Positions 37,996 through 46,564 of a stretch of 64,000 nucleotides of DNA are shown piece by piece. The stretch's first letter is position 1. Each line of letters begins with the position of its first letter. A program made the position numbers and the translations under genes. Under the pieces are notes generated by a model. The model had not been told where the DNA came from. It made no database searches and saw nothing but the letters and a program-made list of their open reading frames with translations. The stretch is from a bacterium (GTDB lineage Bacteria > Zixibacteria > MSB-5A5 > GN15 > FEB-12), in assembly GCA_043811375.1 (NCBI GenBank), contig JBDRNJ010000084.1:32001-96000 (forward strand). Direction: 5' to 3'.

Positions 37996-38955
37996 ATGAT
38001 CGTACGTGAAGAACTCCGACTGGTAACGGGCAATTCCAACCGTCCACTGGCGGAAATGATCGCCGCCTATTTGAACGAGAAACTGACCGACTGTGAAGTT
38101 ACCCGCTTCTCCGACGGCGAGGTATTTGTCCAGATCAATGAGAACATCCGGGGAGCCGACGTTTTTATCATCCAGCCCACCAACGCCCCGGCTGAGAGCC
38201 TCATGGAGTTACTGATGTTGGTCGAGGCTGCCCGGAGAGCTTCGGCCATGCGTATCACGGCCGTCATCCCCTATTACGGATATGCCCGACAGGATCGCAA
38301 GGACCGCCCCCGAGTAGCGATTACCGCCAAGCTGGTGGCCAATCTGATCACCACCGTAGGGGCCGATCGCGTCATCACTATGGACTTGCACGCCAGCCAG
38401 ATTCAGGGCTTTTTTGATCTGCCGCACGACCACTTGTATTCGTCCACGCTGTTTAACAACTATTTCGAGAAAATGAATCTTGAGAACCTCTGCATTGTCT
38501 CACCCGATGTCGGCTCGATTAAGCTGGCTCGTATTACGGCCAAAGTTCTGGAGGCGGAACTGGCTATTGTCGACAAGCGCCGTCCCCGAACCAATAAGTC
38601 GGAAGTAATGAACCTGATCGGTGATGTCAGCGGTATGAATGTCCTGATACGCGATGATATGGTCGACACCGCCGGTACACTCTGCTCGGCGGCCGCTTTT
38701 GTCAAGGAGAGAGGTGCTCTGGATATCTACGCCGCCTGCACCCACGGTGTTCTCTCGGGTGAGTCTATTGAAAAAATCGACCAAGCCCCGATCAAGAAAA
38801 TGATTATCACGGACTCTATCGATTTAGGTCGGCGACGGCTGTCGCAAAAGTTTGAGATTCTGACCTGCTCCGGACTTATCGGAGAGGCCATTAAGCGGAT
38901 TTTTGATGAAGAGTCAGTATCTTCCCTGTTTGAGGACCAGCCTCTGGAGATCTGA
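37996..38955 (+). CDS. prs: Ribose-phosphate pyrophosphokinase
   Basis: Motifs FSDGE, PYYGYARQDRK, DLHASQIQGFF and DDMVDTAGT. Confidence 0.97.
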   Translation: MIVREELRLVTGNSNRPLAEMIAAYLNEKLTDCEVTRFSDGEVFVQINENIRGADVFIIQPTNAPAESLMELLMLVEAARRASAMRITAVIPYYGYARQDRKDRPRVAITAKLVANLITTVGADRVITMDLHASQIQGFFDLPHDHLYSSTLFNNYFEKMNLENLCIVSPDVGSIKLARITAKVLEAELAIVDKRRPRTNKSEVMNLIGDVSGMNVLIRDDMVDTAGTLCSAAAFVKERGALDIYAACTHGVLSGESIEKIDQAPIKKMIITDSIDLGRRRLSQKFEILTCSGLIGEAIKRIFDEESVSSLFEDQPLEI

Positions 38956-39001
38956 CGTTGCTTTGGAACCATTTCTGTCTTGTGGAGAAAGAAGATCAGC
39001 T

Positions 39002-39724
39002 ATGAAAGAGATATCTCTGGCAGCCACCGCCAGGTCGTCGGTCGGTAAAGGCCCGGCTCGTCGGTATCGCATGGACGGCAGTATCCCGGCCGTGGTCTAC
39101 GGCCCGGAGGTCCCGCCGGTTTCCCTGGCCGTGGACGAGAGAGCTTTTCGTGCCGCCATGAAAAACGTTAGTGGCAGCACTCTCATTAACCTGGATATGA
39201 ACGGCAAGACCAGTAAGGTTATTGTCCGCGAAATCCAGCGGGATCCGGTTACCAGCCGCATCATCCATCTTGATTTCTACGCAGTTTCCATGACCAAGTC
39301 GATCAGCATTTCTATCCCGGTGCGTTTTATCGGCACTCCCCGCGGTGTCAAGACTGACGGCGGTATCATGCAGACGACTATGCGTGATCTGGAAATTTCC
39401 TGTCTGCCGTCGAAGATCCCGGAATTTGTCGAGGTCGATGTTTCCGACCTGGGTATCGGCGACTCCGTTCACGTGAGTGACCTGTCTATCCCGGAAGTGC
39501 AGATCCTTTCCGAGCTACGGCGCACGGTAGTGGTCATCAGTGCCCCGACCGTCATTAAAGCCGATGCGGTCGAGGAGGAAGAAATTGCGGCCGAGGAGGA
39601 AGGCGAGGTTGCCGAGGCTGCTGCCGGCGAGGAAAAGGCCGAAGGCGAAGAACAGAAAGACCAGAAGGCCGAAGGAAAAACCAGGGACAAGAAGGCCGAG
39701 GGGAAAACCAGGGACAAGAAGTAG
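39002..39724 (+). CDS. rplY: 50S ribosomal protein bL25/Ctc
   Basis: GKGPARR-x-R, IPAVVYG, QRDPV...HLDF, C-terminal Ctc domain and acidic tail. Confidence 0.95.
   Translation: MKEISLAATARSSVGKGPARRYRMDGSIPAVVYGPEVPPVSLAVDERAFRAAMKNVSGSTLINLDMNGKTSKVIVREIQRDPVTSRIIHLDFYAVSMTKSISISIPVRFIGTPRGVKTDGGIMQTTMRDLEISCLPSKIPEFVEVDVSDLGIGDSVHVSDLSIPEVQILSELRRTVVVISAPTVIKADAVEEEEIAAEEEGEVAEAAAGEEKAEGEEQKDQKAEGKTRDKKAEGKTRDKK
39665..39718 (+). repeat. 27-bp tandem duplication in the rplY tail (KAEGKTRDK x2)
   Basis: aaggccgaaggaaaaaccagggacaag / aaggccgaggggaaaaccagggacaag. Confidence 0.85.
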
Positions 39725-39748
39725 CTGCCCCGTTAAACATTATTGTTC

Positions 39749-39777
39749 AAGGCCGTCGAATACTCGGCGGCCTTTTT
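39749..39777 (+). terminator. Rho-independent terminator after rplY
   Basis: aaggccgtcga-atac-tcggcggcctt followed by a T-run. Confidence 0.8.
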
Positions 39778-39803
39778 CATGGTCACCGAGGATTTTGACG
39801 GTT

Positions 39804-40364
39804 TCAACGAGGGGCTGGTTGTCGCCACTTTCTGCTGACGCGGGCGAATCCCAGGCTGACGGCGCCGCCGACCAGGCCGCCGAGTGTCACTCCGGCAAGA
39901 ACGTCAAAGGGATAATGGACACCGACAAAGATGCGACTGACAGCCACCAGCACCGCCAGCAGCAGCAGAGACCGGCGCACTGCCGGCAGGTGATGATAGA
40001 ACAGTGCCGCCTGGCCGAACAGATTGGCGGCGTGTGATGATGGCATCGAATACCCGGCGCCACAATCGACCAGCAGATGCACCGACGTCAGCAGATGGCA
40101 GGGACGAAGGCGAGCGATCAGACCTTTCAACAGGTTGCTCGAGAGTTGGTCGGTCAGTAACAATGTTACGGCCGACGCCAGCGCCAGCCAGCGTAGACGT
40201 CGATCTCCAAACCACAGCAGACACGCCAGACCGGCGCCGTACATGACCCGCAAAAGCTGATCCGATGTAAGTACGGGCATAATGATGTCAGTGACCGGAT
40301 TGGACAGACTGACGTTGATCCAAAGAAACAACACCTTATCAAGGCCGTTCAGGAATTCAAGCAT
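39804..40364 (-). CDS. PAP2 family membrane phosphatase
   Basis: K-x6-RP, SMPSSHA and SRIFVGVHYPFDV. Confidence 0.92.
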   Translation of the reverse strand: MLEFLNGLDKVLFLWINVSLSNPVTDIIMPVLTSDQLLRVMYGAGLACLLWFGDRRLRWLALASAVTLLLTDQLSSNLLKGLIARLRPCHLLTSVHLLVDCGAGYSMPSSHAANLFGQAALFYHHLPAVRRSLLLLAVLVAVSRIFVGVHYPFDVLAGVTLGGLVGGAVSLGFARVSRKWRQPAPR

Positions 40365-41274
40365 AAGCGGCCGGATTGTTTTTGAGGAAACGCATCAGTT
40401 GGTGGCGAGTCGGCATTCCGGCCCGGCCGCCGGGGCGAGTGCACTTCAGAGCCGCCACTGCCGCTCCCAGGCGCAGCCGCCGGGACATCGGTTGGCCCTG
40501 CAACAGCCCGTACAGATACCCGACATGGAAAGCATCGCCGGCACCGGTGGTGTCAACGGTTTCGACCTTAAAGGCCTGCTGCCGGAAGAACCGGTCGGCT
40601 TCCATTCCCGTAATGCCGCGGAGACCTTGCGTGACCACGATACAACCGCTGCATAGACGAGTCAGTTTCCGGATTGCCTGCCGAACTGTTCGGGCGCCGG
40701 TGAAAGGGAGGGCATAATCATCGGCTACGACCAGATGATCAACCAGCGGAAAAATGGGTGAGACGTCGTTGCGGATGGAACCGATATCAAACGAGATCAA
40801 CGCTCCCACCCGCCGACCCCAACGAGCCAGTTTGAGAGCCGCCGCCATGTCTCGACCGTCAAGATGGATCAGGCGCGGCTGGGGATAGCGCGAAGTCCGA
40901 AGGTCTGTCGGTCGCAGTCCGATCCGACGGTGGAAGGCGATTGTTCGGCGACCACTGCCGCGTTCTATGAATCCGGCTGCGGTGGCCGAGGGTGCCTTCT
41001 TGACGATCAGGAAACTGGTATCCACGTTTTCACGGCGCAATTGATCGATATTGATGTTTCCCGCCCAGTCCTTACCCACAACCGCCACCAGTGCCGTGCG
41101 CAAACCGAGTCGCTTCAGCCCCACCATAGCATTGGGCACCGGACCGCCTCCCTGCACGCAGAGGTCGACAGCGTTGACCTTCCCCCCCGGTCGCGGTAGT
41201 CGGTCGACTGTGTAAAGCAGGTCCAGAGGGATAATGCCCATTCCCAGGCAGTCCACCGTTGTTTTACCGGTCAT
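40357..41274 (-). CDS. PfkB family carbohydrate kinase
   Basis: QGGGPVPNA and VDTTGAGDAF. Confidence 0.92.
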   Translation of the reverse strand: MTGKTTVDCLGMGIIPLDLLYTVDRLPRPGGKVNAVDLCVQGGGPVPNAMVGLKRLGLRTALVAVVGKDWAGNINIDQLRRENVDTSFLIVKKAPSATAAGFIERGSGRRTIAFHRRIGLRPTDLRTSRYPQPRLIHLDGRDMAAALKLARWGRRVGALISFDIGSIRNDVSPIFPLVDHLVVADDYALPFTGARTVRQAIRKLTRLCSGCIVVTQGLRGITGMEADRFFRQQAFKVETVDTTGAGDAFHVGYLYGLLQGQPMSRRLRLGAAVAALKCTRPGGRAGMPTRHQLMRFLKNNPAAYA

Positions 41275-41890
41275 CTTCGATCCGATCTCTTTTAATGACG
41301 GCTTTTCCTCCGCTCAGTTCGGTGATGTCGGCCACCAGGCTGTCGACTCTACTGCGACGAACCCGCAGGCTGAGTGCAACCTGATCAGAGTACTCGGCGC
41401 CGGTCTGATCGGCGCTGTACTTCTGCACCAGTTTCATCAATCGGTCGTACAGGGGAAACGGAATTTGCACTTGGAGTGCCTCGGTCAGGAAGTTCTTCAC
41501 CCGGTCGGATTTTTCCACTGCCAGCCCGGCCGCTTCGGCATAGGCCCGGGCCAGCCCGCCCGTACCGAGCCTGGTGCCGCCGAAATACCGGGTGACCACG
41601 ATCAGGATGTTGGTCAGGTCACGCCCCAAAAGGACATCATATATCGGCCGCCCGGCGGTTCCCGATGGTTCTCCATCGTCGGAGTACTTGAAAGCCCTCT
41701 CACCCGTCGCCCCGATCCGGTATGCATAACAGTGGTGTGTCGCGGCGTGCTCACGTCGGCGAATCTGCCCGAGCATACTGTCAACTTCCTCAATAGACGC
41801 TACCGGCCGACATTCAGCCAGGAACCGCGATCCTTTGATTTTAATCTCGCCCCGGGCGGGAGTCTTGATAGTGTAGTAGAAATCATCCAT
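41264..41890 (-). CDS. yigZ: YigZ/IMPACT family protein
   Basis: IKGSRF, ATHHCYAY, SDDGEPSGTAG and VTRYFGG-x-x-LG-x-GGL. Start moved to ATG 41890. Confidence 0.92.
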   Translation of the reverse strand: MDDFYYTIKTPARGEIKIKGSRFLAECRPVASIEEVDSMLGQIRRREHAATHHCYAYRIGATGERAFKYSDDGEPSGTAGRPIYDVLLGRDLTNILIVVTRYFGGTRLGTGGLARAYAEAAGLAVEKSDRVKNFLTEALQVQIPFPLYDRLMKLVQKYSADQTGAEYSDQVALSLRVRRSRVDSLVADITELSGGKAVIKRDRIEDDR

Positions 41891-41898
41891 GCCCGGCG

Positions 41899-42804
41899 TC
41901 ACACCAGAGTTCGCACGATGTCCCCCGCCTGATCCGGGCTGGTCATGAGTATTGCTCCGCACTCGATTGCTGTTTGCAGACTTTTTTCGTCGGCCAGAGG
42001 TTGACAATCATCGGCTGCCATGAAAAAAGTCAGTTTCCCGATTTGCCGACAGAACGATAACAAATCCAGAGCACGCTGTGAGTCGGCGTACAGCTCTGTG
42101 ATCACCACCGCCTGGGCCAGTCCGGCCAGAAGCCTGTTGGCGGCCGTGATCTTGTCGGGATGGTAAGCCTGCTGAGGAGGGCATTCTGTAATGATACCGC
42201 CACTCTGGGCGATATCGAGTGCCAGGGACAAATGCTCCTCAGGGTGAATGTGATCGAATCCGGAGTCGAGCACGCCGTACGAATCGCAACCGGCGGTACA
42301 GGCGCCCACATGGGCGGCGGCATCGATCCCTTTCGACAGTGAAGCAATCATCTGAACATCAGCCTGTCCAAAGAGCTTTGCCAGCCGGACGGTCAGTTCG
42401 ATACCCTCGTTAGTAGCCTCTTCAGCCCCGGTCAGAAGTACCGTCTTGCGATCATTATCAGGCAGGTGACCACGAGTGTAAAGCAAGGGAGGAGGATCGT
42501 TCAGTTCAAACAACAGCCGCGGGTAGTCATGGTCAAAGCGGGAGGTGATACCGATATCCCGATCCCGCAGGGTGCCGTATAATTCTTCAGCTTCTTCCAG
42601 CCTTAGCGATGCCGAGGCTATCTTCTCTGCTGCCCGGGCGCTCATGCCGTCAATTGTCGCCAGGGTAGCTTCGTCGGCGCCGAGGATACCCTGCGTATTC
42701 CCGAAGATATAGATCAGGACCTCCATCAGGCGGGGACTGACTCCGGCCAGATGGCACAGAGCCAGAACCTCAACGGTAGTCTCTTGCCGCTTATTTGTGA
42801 CCAT
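41899..42804 (-). CDS. DprA/Smf-like protein with divergent motifs
   Basis: N-terminal SAM/HhH-like region, YP-x-x-L-x-E-x-x-DPPPLLY-x-RG, S-x-GIDAAAH, GGIITE and NRLLAGLA. Confidence 0.8.
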   Translation of the reverse strand: MVTNKRQETTVEVLALCHLAGVSPRLMEVLIYIFGNTQGILGADEATLATIDGMSARAAEKIASASLRLEEAEELYGTLRDRDIGITSRFDHDYPRLLFELNDPPPLLYTRGHLPDNDRKTVLLTGAEEATNEGIELTVRLAKLFGQADVQMIASLSKGIDAAAHVGACTAGCDSYGVLDSGFDHIHPEEHLSLALDIAQSGGIITECPPQQAYHPDKITAANRLLAGLAQAVVITELYADSQRALDLLSFCRQIGKLTFFMAADDCQPLADEKSLQTAIECGAILMTSPDQAGDIVRTLV

Positions 42805-42935
42805 ACCTCAATTTAGCTATTGAGTACCGCTTGTCAACCAAGCTGGGGAACCCGTGAAGCTGACCCACGTCATACTTGAATTGCGATCCTGATTGCCCTA
42901 TCATTGGTGACAAAGGACACTTGATAGGAAATGAC

Positions 42936-43784
42936 ATGAAAAAACTTACCGCCCTGTTGTTCATTATAAGTACGCTGTTCGGCTGCTCGGGAGAACCACA
43001 GTCGGTTGAACAACTGGTCAACGCCGGAGAAAAGGCGATTGTGGATGGAGACTTTGCCCGCGCCAGAGACTACCTGTCGAAAGCAATCGCCCGGCAGCCA
43101 TCGGATCAGCATATACTTTACCTGCTGGGTACCAGCTATCGTCGTGATTTTCTCTATGATTCGGCCTACTACTATCTCAAACGGGCGGACTTGCTGCACC
43201 CCGGTGATCGCGAGGTGAACCTGGAACTCCACCGGGTAGCAGCCGTCCTTCAGGAATGGAAAAGCGCTGTCCGGGCAATCCACGTCCTGATTGAAACCGG
43301 GGACTCCAAGGAAATGTATATTGCCGATCTGGCCGACTACAATCTTCGTATGGACAACTTTTCAGTTGCCTACCATTACTATCGTAGATTATCACAGATA
43401 CAACCTGACAATATCGAAATCTGGCGACACCTGGTCAATCTGGCCGCACAGCTTGACTCGCTGGAGGTTGCCCTGAGAGTTGTCGACAGCGCCCTGGAAC
43501 GTTTTGGTCGGCAGGATGGACTGTTGATAAGTAAGGGATTATGCCTGGCGGCAACGGGCGATTATGATCAGTCGGAATCTATCTTCCGCTCATTGGTAGC
43601 CAAAGACACCGCTTCGGTAGCGGCACGTATTAATCTCGCTCACACGCTTTCCTCACAGAACAGTCCGGCCAAGAAACGAGAGGCTCTCCAATTGTACCTT
43701 CAGGTTCAGCCCCGGGCTGACAAGTTTCTGAAGGTCGATTCTTTGATCGAAGCACTGACCGAAGAACTTGACGGCAAAAAATAA
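42936..43784 (+). CDS. TPR-repeat lipoprotein
   Basis: MKK start, lipobox LFGC and multiple TPR-like helices. Confidence 0.8.
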   Translation: MKKLTALLFIISTLFGCSGEPQSVEQLVNAGEKAIVDGDFARARDYLSKAIARQPSDQHILYLLGTSYRRDFLYDSAYYYLKRADLLHPGDREVNLELHRVAAVLQEWKSAVRAIHVLIETGDSKEMYIADLADYNLRMDNFSVAYHYYRRLSQIQPDNIEIWRHLVNLAAQLDSLEVALRVVDSALERFGRQDGLLISKGLCLAATGDYDQSESIFRSLVAKDTASVAARINLAHTLSSQNSPAKKREALQLYLQVQPRADKFLKVDSLIEALTEELDGKK

Positions 43785-43785
43785 C

Positions 43786-43882
43786 AAAAAAAGAAGGGCA
43801 GGATTATTGCTAATCCTGCCCAACGCAGGGCTGTCTCGGTAAGAGACAGAGGGGGGGTCTTTACAAGCTTTTCAATATCTTA
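43786..43882 (-). ncRNA. Candidate small RNA (~95 nt) with a C-rich motif
   Basis: Minus-strand promoter TTGCCA-16-TATTAT (43916-43889), CCCCCCCUCU tract, hairpin ctgtctc/gagacag, then terminator gggcaggatta-gcaa-taatcctgccc with T7. Confidence 0.45.
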
Positions 43883-43977
43883 AACAATATAATAACTACT
43901 TTTGTTCACTTGGCAAGTAAAATAATTCATTTTAGACCATTTTTTTTGAGAAAACAGGATAATACTGCAATAGGCCG

Positions 43978-44018
43978 AAAAAGCCCACCGATCCGGCCTT
44001 TTTAGCCGGGTCGGTGGT
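43978..44018 (-). terminator. Terminator of the 44035-45234 gene
   Basis: Minus strand ccaccgacccggc-taaaaa-ggccggatcggtgg followed by gcttttt. Confidence 0.7.
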
Positions 44019-44034
44019 AAATCCGCCAGGGGTT

Positions 44035-45234
44035 TCAAAATCCTTCCTCGTTGTCGGTCAGTTCCGGCTCCGCCGGGTTGCAATACAGTTTCCAGCGGCC
44101 CTGGAAAAATCCATTTTCATGGTGAGGAGCAGACCGGTATTTGCCCATCAACCGACCAATCGGAGTCCGGTCAGCAGCATAAATGCGTCCCGAAAACCAC
44201 CCGTGAGCATGTCTTCCGTGTGCATTGATCTGGCCGTGCCCCGGTGGATGACCGTAGGTTCCTTTCAGAAAACCCTGAAAAGCGCCGGCGCGGGATATCC
44301 ACTTGCCGAAGAACACCTTATCTCCGGAACTGTTGGGACCAAAGTGGCCCTTCAGGTAACCACTAACCGTCCAGCCGAAAGCGTTGGGCCGCTTTGACCA
44401 CCAGACACCCCGAAAACGCCCCTGTTCGCTTTCATCGAACCCCCAGCGACCGGCCAGGAATCCGCGCGGGCAGGGGTAGCGATTGAGTTCGAAAGCGTGG
44501 AAGGCAACGGCGTTGGAATCCTCGAGATAGACTATCGTGTCAAGAGATTTCAGATCTTCAAGGTTAAAGGTGTGGCTGTAAGGACCGGTTTCGAATGATA
44601 CCGTTACCGGTTCCGACTGAGGGAATATGGTGTCGATAACCACCGTCCAGGATGTGTCCCCCAGGGAATCGACCACGGCTACTTCGGATGAGTCGAAAAT
44701 CGGTCGCGGTGGGGGCATGAAGATATCGACCGCGATGCCGTCATTGTGAACCGTTGTCTTTGATACCCATCCTATCATTCCGGGGCCGCAGCGGCTGCCA
44801 CCGGTACTGTCGCAGCGAAGTCGGACTATGTAGTCCTGCCCGGGCTCGAAACGGATCGTTCGTCTGACGACTACGACACCACCGGGAACATTCAGGGTTC
44901 CGCTCCAGTCGGTGACGGTTGTAACCGTCGAATCATAGCACAGGCGCCCCCAGACAGCTCTCAGGTGGTAATAGCCGGACCGGGGATCCGAAATGACCGA
45001 ATCCACCTCAGGACTGGCCAGCATTTCATCATCGTACTCCACGTCAGTGGCTTCCTCGCCCAGCAGATCGTTGTCTCCAAAACCGGGATTTTCCGCATCG
45101 GTGGTGTAACCACCATATTCTGAATCCAGATTCAGAACCTCCTCATTGCCAGGCTGATTAGGACTCTCGGAACAACCGATCAGCCACATCAGCAAAGCTG
45201 TAGCCAAAAGCGCGGTCAGCAATTTTCGGTTCAT
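44035..45234 (-). CDS. Hypothetical lipoprotein with C-terminal G-x-[FL]-x-G-x-[WYF] repeats
   Basis: Lipobox LIGC, acidic N-region and about 9 repeats such as GFLAGRW, GRFRGVW, GYLKGHF and GFFQGRW. Confidence 0.8.
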   Translation of the reverse strand: MNRKLLTALLATALLMWLIGCSESPNQPGNEEVLNLDSEYGGYTTDAENPGFGDNDLLGEEATDVEYDDEMLASPEVDSVISDPRSGYYHLRAVWGRLCYDSTVTTVTDWSGTLNVPGGVVVVRRTIRFEPGQDYIVRLRCDSTGGSRCGPGMIGWVSKTTVHNDGIAVDIFMPPPRPIFDSSEVAVVDSLGDTSWTVVIDTIFPQSEPVTVSFETGPYSHTFNLEDLKSLDTIVYLEDSNAVAFHAFELNRYPCPRGFLAGRWGFDESEQGRFRGVWWSKRPNAFGWTVSGYLKGHFGPNSSGDKVFFGKWISRAGAFQGFLKGTYGHPPGHGQINAHGRHAHGWFSGRIYAADRTPIGRLMGKYRSAPHHENGFFQGRWKLYCNPAEPELTDNEEGF

Positions 45235-45668
45235 TGTTGAAATTCCTTCCTTCTATCAACGATAAGATACAGTTTCTTCAATCTGATGAAAAGAGTAACA
45301 ATCGCCGTGCCGACTCTCAACGATCAGGTCAACACTGTGACACTTAACGAATTACAGCCCCCGCCCGGAAAGTAAGTGTCGATGGAACCTGTACTGAACG
45401 GTACAATCGAGCTCCGGTGAACGAGCAGGTACGCGACTAAACGGCGGGATCGACACCGTGCGAAGACAGAGTTTCCGGTATCATGGGGACAGCTTCGCGC
45501 TGACTGCCGGGAATCGTTATCACCGTCGATTTGCCATTAATCCTTCTGCTTAATCGGTTTGTCATATTTGTAGTGCAAGTACAGCGCTTGAAGAGCAGTT
45601 CTCGAAAGCATCTCTCAGGTGGATGCACCTGAAACTGAAAAATGGCCAAAGCATGAGGACGAAAAAGT

Positions 45669-46532
45669 ATGATGTTCAGTAATCACAATTTGACCGCCAA
45701 TAGGGTGTTGGTTTTACCGGCGCTGACAGTGTTCGCTCTACTGGCCGGTTGCAAAACTCAACAGGTTCCGAGTGTATGGGCACCGGAACCGATCGTAGTG
45801 GATGGTAAGATGGCAGAGTGGAGCGATCAACCAATCACCTATTTCGAGGATCAGGGCGCCGCATTGGGGTTCGGCAATGACAGTGAAAACCTGTACATCC
45901 ACTTCCGTTTTACAAACCCCTCCTGGGCGCGAGCTATACGTATGACCGGCTTGACCCTCTGGATTGATACCAGCAGCAATAAGAATAAGGATGTCGGCAT
46001 TCGATTTCATGGGGGACCTTCCATGGAAGAGTTGCCGGCGGTTTCCCGCGAAAGACGACCTGATGGGCTGACCGAGCAGCAAAAGCAGCAGCTGTTGCAG
46101 AGAGAAGCGATGTCACACAATCAATTCATCTTCTTTGATCAGAGCTATTACGTGGAAGCAAGAATACCAACTGATGGCTCCCGGGGACCGGCGGCCGGGT
46201 ATGATACATCCTTTGGTTTTTATTCGTTCGAGTTCTCCGTTCCGCTAGCGGGAAGTGGAGTGCAATTCTATGGCTTGGGGGCACAACCGGGACAAACCAT
46301 CTCCATCGGAGCCGAGTGGGGCGATATGAGCAGTCTCCGTCGTGAAGGGATGAAACGGGATGGGATGCGCGGCGGTATGGGAGGTGGTCGAGGTGGAATG
46401 GGGGGCGGTTCGGGAGGTGGTCCCGGCGGTATGGGTGGCGGCCGAAAACCCGGTGGCATGAAGCCTCCCGAGAAACAGGAAGTATGGATGAAAATCGAGT
46501 TAGCCTTGCCTTCGGAGGAACGGCAGGAGTAG
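45669..46532 (+). CDS. Hypothetical lipoprotein with a Gly/Met-rich low-complexity segment
   Basis: Lipobox LAGC, I-x-VDG-x-x-x-EW, ND-x-ENLY and a GGMGGG tract. Confidence 0.75.
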   Translation: MMFSNHNLTANRVLVLPALTVFALLAGCKTQQVPSVWAPEPIVVDGKMAEWSDQPITYFEDQGAALGFGNDSENLYIHFRFTNPSWARAIRMTGLTLWIDTSSNKNKDVGIRFHGGPSMEELPAVSRERRPDGLTEQQKQQLLQREAMSHNQFIFFDQSYYVEARIPTDGSRGPAAGYDTSFGFYSFEFSVPLAGSGVQFYGLGAQPGQTISIGAEWGDMSSLRREGMKRDGMRGGMGGGRGGMGGGSGGGPGGMGGGRKPGGMKPPEKQEVWMKIELALPSEERQE

Positions 46533-46564
46533 GACGTTGATGGCGACTATCAAATTGACGGCGC

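Noticed and set aside
46340..46460. G-rich stretch as a nucleotide repeat element
   Set aside because: It is explained by the Gly/Met-rich coding tract of the 45669 lipoprotein.
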